From an uncultured bacterium (GTDB taxonomy: Bacteria; SAR324; NAC60-12), in NCBI GenBank assembly GCA_964010765.1, contig CAXGMD010000080.1, forward strand, positions 1 to 14,213: a stretch of 14,213 bases of DNA. The letters are read 5' to 3'. The first letter of the stretch is position 1. Every line of letters starts with the position of its first letter. This document shows, piece by piece, positions 7,835 to 14,213 of this stretch. Under the pieces are notes generated by a model. The model ran no database searches. It saw only the letters and a program-made list of their open reading frames with translations, and was not told the DNA's origin. A program made the translations under genes and the position numbers.

Positions 7835-8653
7835 TTACCAGTGCTTGAGGACACACTGGAGGTCCTGTTGCACCAATTGATGGAAAAGGGCGTTGTGCCC
7901 TAGAGCGGGACTGACCCGGTGTCGTGCTTCGTGGACAAGCGTTTCTAGTAAAATGGCGCGTTTGGGAATCGTACCAAGCCAGAAGTTGGAACGATGCACC
8001 CGAATTTGTTCTTCCCCCCAGTACACCCCTGCTTCTCCATACTGGACCAAGTTCCCATGCACCGCCGGTTCGAGGGTGTAGTGAATTTCAACAGTTCTCA
8101 GTTTCTCCCTCATAGCATCTGGTAGACAACCGATGCCCTGTAGTCTATCAACGTATTCATTGACCACAGCTTGTCGGGCCGGAACATCCTCACGCCAAAC
8201 CCCAGCAACCTGCCAGACATCGCTGAGGGCCCAGACCAGCAGCAGAAGAAGAATACCTACCATCCACCAGGAGGAAATTCGGCGTGGAGGTGTGGGCCAA
8301 TGCCTTGGATAAGCATAGCGCCGTTTCCAGGCGAGCCACTGGCCCCATTCTTCTTGAAGGCGCTCACGTATATCTGGCCGGGAATCAAGACAGGCTGCCA
8401 AGTCTTCGGTCTGATCGTCATTCAGTTCATCGCATTGGACCAGCCCTTCTTCCCGGCAGGTGTGGCAGCGCAGATATAAGAAGCGTTCCCGGTCTTGTCC
8501 TCTCAGCAAGAGAAGACGCAAATCTGTTCCACCACAAGCGACACAACAAAGTGGACCTGACGTTGTTGCCAAATTCCCAGGCTGCTCCGAACCAGCGGAA
8601 GAGATTCTATCAACAACTTGTAATCGCATTGCACTTGTCACGGGCAGGACCAT
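7835..8653 (-). CDS. Zn-ribbon + TM + HExxH metallopeptidase-like protein (start uncertain, possibly 8629)
   Basis: CVAC...CHTC cysteine pairs; TM WWMVGILLLLLVWAL; C-terminal ETLVHEARH-x7-HNALF, a SprT/YgjP/WLM-type zinc site. Confidence 0.75.
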   Translation of the reverse strand: MVLPVTSAMRLQVVDRISSAGSEQPGNLATTSGPLCCVACGGTDLRLLLLRGQDRERFLYLRCHTCREEGLVQCDELNDDQTEDLAACLDSRPDIRERLQEEWGQWLAWKRRYAYPRHWPTPPRRISSWWMVGILLLLLVWALSDVWQVAGVWREDVPARQAVVNEYVDRLQGIGCLPDAMREKLRTVEIHYTLEPAVHGNLVQYGEAGVYWGEEQIRVHRSNFWLGTIPKRAILLETLVHEARHRVSPALGHNALFHQLVQQDLQCVLKHW

Positions 8654-8707
8654 ATGATTTTCTGTTTTGACTCAGAATCTGAATCTTCCCTCTTGAGACT
8701 CATCACT

Positions 8708-9454
8708 ATGCAAGCTGTGGCACGCAATCCTTGGTTGAACAAACAAAACCTGACAAATGGTATCGCGCTGGCGTTGGTCATTCTTGGACTATCCTTACCT
8801 CATGAAGATGGCAACCCCTGGTTGAGTATGGGCCTCTTCGCTTTTTCAGGTGCGGTGACCAACTGGCTCGCGGTCTACATGCTCTTCGAGAAAGTGCCAG
8901 GCCTCTACGGTTCCGGAGTTATCCCAGAGCGATTTGAAGACTTCAAGGCTGGAATCCACCAACTCATGATGAAGCAGTTTTTCACACCTGAGCGCATTGA
9001 ACAATTTCTGCGTGAATCCAATGTGGAAGGTTCACTGTTGGCATCAGGGGCAGATTCCCTGATGGAACAACTGGATACGGAGCGGGCCTTTCAGACGATG
9101 GTGAGTGTAATCGAGGAATCGTCCTTTGCTCCCATGTTGGCGATGGTGGGTGGTCCAACTGCGCTTGCTCCACTGAAAGAACCCTTTATAGAAAAATTTC
9201 GTGAGTTGATTCACGAGATTCTGGCAGATCCTCGGGTTCAACAAACTGTGGAAGAGCATTTTCACAAGGCAAACGCTGCAGAGACAATGACGGAACGGAT
9301 CGAAGGGATTGTCCGGCAACGTCTGGATGAGTTGACCCCAGAGCGAGTCAAGGAGATTGTTGAAGATATGATCCGCCAACACCTGGATTGGCTGGTGGTC
9401 TGGGGCGGAGTTTTTGGTGGTTTGATTGGCCTGCTGACTCATTTCTTCATCTGA
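8708..9454 (+). CDS. DUF445 family membrane protein
   Basis: GLFAFSGAVTNWLAVYMLFEKVPGLYGSGVIP and C-terminal HLDWLVVWGGVFGGLIG are typical of DUF445. Start at 8708 preferred over 8654. Confidence 0.85.
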   Translation: MQAVARNPWLNKQNLTNGIALALVILGLSLPHEDGNPWLSMGLFAFSGAVTNWLAVYMLFEKVPGLYGSGVIPERFEDFKAGIHQLMMKQFFTPERIEQFLRESNVEGSLLASGADSLMEQLDTERAFQTMVSVIEESSFAPMLAMVGGPTALAPLKEPFIEKFRELIHEILADPRVQQTVEEHFHKANAAETMTERIEGIVRQRLDELTPERVKEIVEDMIRQHLDWLVVWGGVFGGLIGLLTHFFI

Positions 9455-9461
9455 AAAATTC

Positions 9462-9489
9462 TTGCAATTCCTGCTCAAATGACTATTCT
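9462..9489 (+). promoter_or_regulatory. Putative sigma70 promoter for rplC
   Basis: TTGCAA (9462-9467)-N16-TATTCT (9484-9489) in AT-rich intergenic DNA. Confidence 0.5.
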
Positions 9490-9526
9490 AATTTGTTTTT
9501 CAAGAATTAAGTCTAACTCCTTAGCA

Positions 9527-9570
9527 GGGCTTGCCGGCAGGCAGGCTCCTTCTTTTCGAACCAAGAAAGG
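9527..9570 (+). promoter_or_regulatory. Structured rplC leader (hairpin + pyrimidine tract/anti-SD)
   Basis: GGGCTTGCC-ggca-GGCAGGCTC forms a 9-bp stem (2 G-U) followed by CTTCTTTT. CCTTCTT (9548-9554) can pair with the RBS AAGAAAGG (9563-9570). Confidence 0.45.
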
Positions 9571-9575
9571 TTGCC

Positions 9576-10190
9576 ATGATCAGTGGAATGCTGGCCCGTA
9601 AAATTGGCATGTCGCAGGTTTTTCAGGATGACGGGACTATGGTTCCCGTGACTGTCCTGCAAGTCGGCCCGATGACCGTCACCCAGAAAAAAAGCAAAGA
9701 CCGTGATGGTTATGATGGAGTTCAGTTGGGCTTTGAAGAAATCGCTGAACGCAAGCTGAATCGCCCTACCAAGGGACACCTGAAGGGACAAACCTCCGTT
9801 CGGATTCTTCGAGAATTCCGGGCAGAAGACCACGATGCCGTCACAGTTGGTCAAAAGTTCGATCACAATATCTTCAGCGAAGGCGAACTCGTATCTGTTG
9901 TAGGCACTTCCAAGGGTCGCGGTTTCGCTGGAGTAATGAAGCGTCACGGTTTCGGTGGACAGCCTGCCAGTCATGGGCACCGAGGCAAAAGACTCCCTGG
10001 TTCCATTGGTCAGTGCGCATTCCCAGCCCGTGTCTTCAAAGGTAGAAAGATGGGTGGCCAATATGGTAACACCCAAGTCACCACACAAGGTTTGGCGATC
10101 GTCAAGATCATTGACAACGAGCGACTCGTCTTGATTAAGGGCGCGGTTCCAGGTCCCAACGGTGGCTTGGTTACGATTCGCAAGTCCTGA
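9576..10190 (+). CDS. rplC: 50S ribosomal protein L3 (uL3)
   Basis: KIGMSQVF, PVTVLQ, DGYDGVQLG, SKGRGFAGVMKRHGF, PGSIG, RVFKGRKMGG and KGAVPG motifs; ATG after AAGAAAGG. Confidence 0.98.
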   Translation: MISGMLARKIGMSQVFQDDGTMVPVTVLQVGPMTVTQKKSKDRDGYDGVQLGFEEIAERKLNRPTKGHLKGQTSVRILREFRAEDHDAVTVGQKFDHNIFSEGELVSVVGTSKGRGFAGVMKRHGFGGQPASHGHRGKRLPGSIGQCAFPARVFKGRKMGGQYGNTQVTTQGLAIVKIIDNERLVLIKGAVPGPNGGLVTIRKS

Positions 10191-10209
10191 TACGATCCCA
10201 GCACATTTT

Positions 10210-10235
10210 GAAGCGCTTGGCATTTCAGGCGCTTC
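10210..10235 (+). terminator. Hairpin downstream of rplC
   Basis: GAAGCGCTTG-gcattt-CAGGCGCTTC: 10-bp stem with 1 G-U, 20 nt after the stop. No clear U tract. Confidence 0.55.
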
Positions 10236-10348
10236 CCTCCAAAAGCTTCCTCCTTCTGATCTCCTGCAAATCCTGTTAAAGTAAGGTTTCTTGCGGATTC
10301 AACTATCCTGATTTCGCAGCATCACCGTCTTTATCGGCAACAATCCCC

Positions 10349-11743
10349 ATGTTACAAAACTCCAAGCAGTCCCCCTTGCTTCCTGAATGGAAAGAGGAAG
10401 ACTACCGACAAATGAATGAGTGGCTCCAGCGCCACCGGATCACTGAGGTCGAATGTCTGATTCCTGATCTAACCGGAATTGCCCGCGGAAAGATCATGCC
10501 GGCTGACAAGTTCTTGCGTAAGGAAGGTCTTCGTCTGCCGGAGAACCTTTTTCTGCAGACGGTCACGGGTGACTGGGTGGATGAGAAGAAGATTGAAGCG
10601 CTGAATCCTGCAGATGGAGACATGAATCTGCAGCCAGACCCCAGCACGATCTGTCTCGTACCTTGGGCCCAAGAACCTACCGCTCAGGTGATTCATGATT
10701 GTTTGCACATGGACCGTAGCGCCATTGAAATTTCCCCGCGCAATGTGCTGCGCAGAGTTTTGTCACTCTATGAGAAAGAAGGCTGGGGGATCGCAATTGC
10801 ACCAGAGTTGGAATTCTACCTAACAAAAATCAACAAGGACCCTGATTATCCACTAGCACCTCCAGTAGGGAGATCCGGTCGGCCAGAAGCAACCGGTCAA
10901 TTTTATGGGATTGATGCGCTCAACGAATTCGACCCGCTCTTCGAGGACATGTATGACTACTGCGAAGCCCAGCAGCTAGACATTGATGCGTTGACTCACG
11001 AGATGGGCCCTTCGCAAATGGAAATTAATTTTATCCATGGTGATCCCTTACGCCTGGCAGACCATGTCTATCTCTTTAAGAGAACAATGCGCGAGACCGC
11101 GTTCCGGCATAAGGTCTATGCGACATTTATGGCTAAGCCAATGGCGAACCTTCCGGGTAGCGCTTTACATCTGCACCAAAGCTTGTTCGACCTGCAAAGC
11201 AAACGCAATCTGTTCGCTGATGAGGTAGGAAAACACACTCCGCTGTTTCTATCCTTCATTGCTGGGCTGCAAACCTATCTTCCCGAAATGATGCTGATGA
11301 TTGGTCCAAACGTGAATTCCTACCGGCGGATCATCCCGAATACGGCTGCACCCATCAACGTACACTGGGGTGTGGACAATCGTACGGTGGGGCTGAGAGT
11401 TCCCTTTGCAGAACAAGCGGACATGCGCGTTGAGAATCGACTGCCTGGTGCTGATGCTAATCCGTACCTGGCGATGGCAGCCTCACTGGGTTGCGGCTAT
11501 CTTGGAATTCGGCAGGGTCTTCAGCCTGATGAACCTCTCACGGACAGTGCCTACTATCGGGATTACAGTCTCCCACGTAGCCTCTCGGAGGCCGTAGCTC
11601 TCTTTGAAGACAATCCAGTTGCAAAGGAATTGTTTGGCGATAAATTCGTCCAGATTTATTCTGCTGTCAAACGTACAGAGTATGAAGCTTTCTTCCAGGT
11701 GATCAGTACTTGGGAGCGGGAGTTTCTGCTGTTGAATGTATGA
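10349..11743 (+). CDS. Glutamine synthetase family protein, gamma-glutamyl-polyamine synthetase (PuuA/PauA/SpuI-like)
   Basis: EVECLIPDLTGIARGK, APELEFYL, HEMGPSQMEIN, FMAKP..PGSALHLHQS, RVENRLPGADANPYLA, and C-terminal ISTWEREFLLLNV typical of the PauA-type subgroup rather than GlnA type I. Confidence 0.9.
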   Translation: MLQNSKQSPLLPEWKEEDYRQMNEWLQRHRITEVECLIPDLTGIARGKIMPADKFLRKEGLRLPENLFLQTVTGDWVDEKKIEALNPADGDMNLQPDPSTICLVPWAQEPTAQVIHDCLHMDRSAIEISPRNVLRRVLSLYEKEGWGIAIAPELEFYLTKINKDPDYPLAPPVGRSGRPEATGQFYGIDALNEFDPLFEDMYDYCEAQQLDIDALTHEMGPSQMEINFIHGDPLRLADHVYLFKRTMRETAFRHKVYATFMAKPMANLPGSALHLHQSLFDLQSKRNLFADEVGKHTPLFLSFIAGLQTYLPEMMLMIGPNVNSYRRIIPNTAAPINVHWGVDNRTVGLRVPFAEQADMRVENRLPGADANPYLAMAASLGCGYLGIRQGLQPDEPLTDSAYYRDYSLPRSLSEAVALFEDNPVAKELFGDKFVQIYSAVKRTEYEAFFQVISTWEREFLLLNV

Positions 11744-11808
11744 GAAAGCGACGGAATGATTTCTCAATCAACCCTTCTAGAACAACCTGATTCAAAAGGG
11801 ATCTAACT

Positions 11809-14007
11809 GTGTCATCTAATTCTTCACCTAAACTTCCCTATGCCTTGGATCAACAATACCTGGAGCGAGTCTATGCAGGTGTATTAGGAAAAATCATTGG
11901 TGTCTATTTAGGAAGACCCTTTGAAGGTTGGGAATACGAGCAGATTTCTAATCAATTAGGAGATATCAACTACTATGTTCATGAGAAGTTAAACGTTCCC
12001 TTGATTGTCACGGACGATGATATTTCTGGAACCTTTACCTTCATCAGAGCTTTGGAAGATTACGGTTACTCCAAGGAAATTACCCCGGCTCAGATTGGTC
12101 ATACCTGGCTGAATTACATCATTGACCGCAAGGCGATTCTCTGGTGGGGAGGAATGGGCAACTCCACCGAACATACAGCGTTTCTGAGACTTAAGCAGGG
12201 AATTGAAGCACCTCAAAGTGGTTCCATGGAACTCAACAGCAAGGTGGTGGCAGAACAGATTGGAGCCCAAATTTTTATTGATGGTTGGGCGATGGTTGCT
12301 CCTGGCGATCCTGAACTCGCTGCAGATTTAGCGAAACGAGCTGGTAGTGTGAGTCATGATGGAGAGGCAATTTATGGTGCACAGGTCATCGCGGCACTGG
12401 AAGCTCAGGCCTTTGTGGAGAAAGATCGACAAGCCCTAATTGATGTTGCAGTGTCATTGATCCCAAAAGACAGTTTGATCCAGCGGATGATTGCAGATTT
12501 GCGGGAACTTCATTCTCGAGAACCTGATTGGCGGAAGGCGTTTGATTTTCTTTCTAAGCACTATGGCTATAATACGTATGGGGGCAACTGCCACATGATC
12601 CCCAATCATGGTTTGATCATCTTCTCGTTCCTCTATGGCGATGATGATTTTCAAAAGACTATGATGATCGTCAACACACTGGGCTGGGACACGGACTGCA
12701 ATGCTGGAAATCTGGGGTGCCTGATGGGAATCAAGAATGGCTTGGAGGGTATCAATCGGGGACCAGATTGGCGAGGTCCAGTTGCCGACAAACTGTACTT
12801 GCCCACGGCGGATGGTGGTCGTTCAATCAGCGATGCAGCAGCTGAAGCGGTTTATCTAGCGAATGCTGGAAGGCAACTGCATGGTCTTTCACCAACCTAT
12901 CCCAAGGATGGAGCCCGTTTCCATTTTGAATTGCCGGGTTCGGTTCAGGGTTTTGCCTGTGAAGAATCGATCATTTCAACTGGCACTGCGACCGTTGCCA
13001 ACTCCGAGGGTCATAGCGTTAACGGGGCACGCTCCCTGGCGATTCATTTCAAAGCGCTGGCAAGAGGACGTACTGCCCGGGTCGAGACGCCAACCTTTTC
13101 GCCTTCTGCAGAGATCTCCACTTATTTCACCAAGAGGGGCTACTCTCTGCTTGCCAGTCCTACCCTTTACAGTGGTCAAACGATCCGGGCTCGTATTGTT
13201 GCCGACGAGAACAATCCGACTCCCGTGAAGTGCTCTTTGTACATCAAGCACTATAACGAACTTGATGAATTCACCCTGGTTTCTAGTGAAGTAGTTGAGC
13301 TTCAAGCCAGTAAGGTTCATGTACTCGAATGGAAAGTACCTGACACGCGTTGCTATCCAATTGCCTTCGTGGGCATTCAATTGGAGGGCAAACATGGTGA
13401 AACTGGTACGGTCTACCTAGATTTTCTGGACTGGACGGGTGAACCGGAGATTCAACTGAATCGACCCTCTGAACGCGTGGTGTCCAGGCTAAATCGAGAC
13501 AAAGGACCTATCATGTGGAAATCGGCTTGGGTAGACGGTTTGGATGGCAACGAACGCTTAACGCAAATGGACTTCTGGCCGGAGCCATATCGCCTGATTC
13601 AAAACGTTGGTCGTGGACTACTGATGCAAGGAACCCGAGAATGGAAAAATTATAGAGTGACCGCTCGAATGACTCCGCATATGTGTGAAGCTGGAGGTCT
13701 TGGAATTCGAGTCCAAGGAATGACACGCTATTATGCGCTGCTGATCTCACAAGATGGGGCTCGTCTTGTAAGAAGTCATGAAGGCAAGGACACGATCCTA
13801 GCTTCCTGTGACCAGGGCTGGAAATTGGGTCATCAGTACGAACTCACGCTGCAGGCTTTTGAAAACAAACTCACAGCTTGGATCAACCAGGAAAAGATTC
13901 TAGAAGAGGAAGATGCCGAGTGCTACTATTCTTCTGGTGCAATGGCTTTGATCTCTCAAGTGGGTCGAATCGGTTGTGATTTTGTCGAGGTGCAACCTGC
14001 ATTCTAA
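11809..14007 (+). CDS. ADP-ribosylglycohydrolase family protein with long C-terminal beta-rich extension
   Basis: YAGVLGKIIGVYLGRPFEGW, VTDDD and GWDTDCNAGNLG metal-binding motifs within the first ~330 aa; ~380 further aa that are beta-strand rich. Confidence 0.88.
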   Translation: MSSNSSPKLPYALDQQYLERVYAGVLGKIIGVYLGRPFEGWEYEQISNQLGDINYYVHEKLNVPLIVTDDDISGTFTFIRALEDYGYSKEITPAQIGHTWLNYIIDRKAILWWGGMGNSTEHTAFLRLKQGIEAPQSGSMELNSKVVAEQIGAQIFIDGWAMVAPGDPELAADLAKRAGSVSHDGEAIYGAQVIAALEAQAFVEKDRQALIDVAVSLIPKDSLIQRMIADLRELHSREPDWRKAFDFLSKHYGYNTYGGNCHMIPNHGLIIFSFLYGDDDFQKTMMIVNTLGWDTDCNAGNLGCLMGIKNGLEGINRGPDWRGPVADKLYLPTADGGRSISDAAAEAVYLANAGRQLHGLSPTYPKDGARFHFELPGSVQGFACEESIISTGTATVANSEGHSVNGARSLAIHFKALARGRTARVETPTFSPSAEISTYFTKRGYSLLASPTLYSGQTIRARIVADENNPTPVKCSLYIKHYNELDEFTLVSSEVVELQASKVHVLEWKVPDTRCYPIAFVGIQLEGKHGETGTVYLDFLDWTGEPEIQLNRPSERVVSRLNRDKGPIMWKSAWVDGLDGNERLTQMDFWPEPYRLIQNVGRGLLMQGTREWKNYRVTARMTPHMCEAGGLGIRVQGMTRYYALLISQDGARLVRSHEGKDTILASCDQGWKLGHQYELTLQAFENKLTAWINQEKILEEEDAECYYSSGAMALISQVGRIGCDFVEVQPAF

Positions 14008-14213
14008 AATAATCTTTCATGACGATACTAATTATTAAAACAAGCTCAATCAGCTTCAAAGAGAAAAGCTATTACAGTAGGAGCTATCATCAAATTCATT
14101 CGTTAAGAATGTGAAGTTCTCAAGGCTGGAAGTTATTCGGAAGGCAAAGCCAATAAACGGCGTTGGAGCTTAAGGGTTGTTTAGTTTATGGATGAGCAGT
14201 TTCAAAGAAACTT

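Noticed and set aside
8651..8656. Back-to-back divergent ATGs (CATATG)
   Set aside because: Leaves no room for RBSs or promoters; the real starts are more likely 8708 (+) and 8629 or later (-).
9513..10223. 236-aa antisense ORF spanning rplC
   Set aside because: Typical shadow ORF opposite a highly expressed, codon-biased ribosomal protein gene; no recognisable motifs.
14008..14213. AT-rich tail with a short ORF
   Set aside because: Only a ~31-codon ORF with no RBS or recognisable motif; cannot be supported.

Overview
Gene-dense bacterial chromosomal window (roughly 50% GC by eye; protein style suggests a marine Deltaproteobacteria-like lineage such as SAR324, which is inference only). No rRNA, tRNA, CRISPR or mobile element is visible. 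In order it holds: the 3' part of a ComM/YifB AAA+ ATPase; a ~380-bp structured intergenic region with a near-perfect CIRCE (HrcA operator) in front of an 80-aa acidic protein resembling the RNA-polymerase-binding helix of SutA; two minus-strand outer-membrane beta-barrel-type genes divergent from a protein built of three tandem XRE-like HTH domains, which is coupled to a third beta-barrel gene; a membrane protein with a Dx[DN]xDG loop and a basic Gly/Ser tail; a minus-strand operon (Zn-ribbon/TM/HExxH protein, small membrane protein, ispF, 70-aa protein); a DUF445-like protein; a stand-alone rplC outside the S10 operon with its own structured leader; a gamma-glutamyl-polyamine synthetase-type GS paralogue; and a long ADP-ribosylglycohydrolase. 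The most interesting signals are the CIRCE-controlled SutA-like gene, the triple-HTH protein, four colinear sequence blocks shared between the upstream regions of those two genes, and the orphan rplC.
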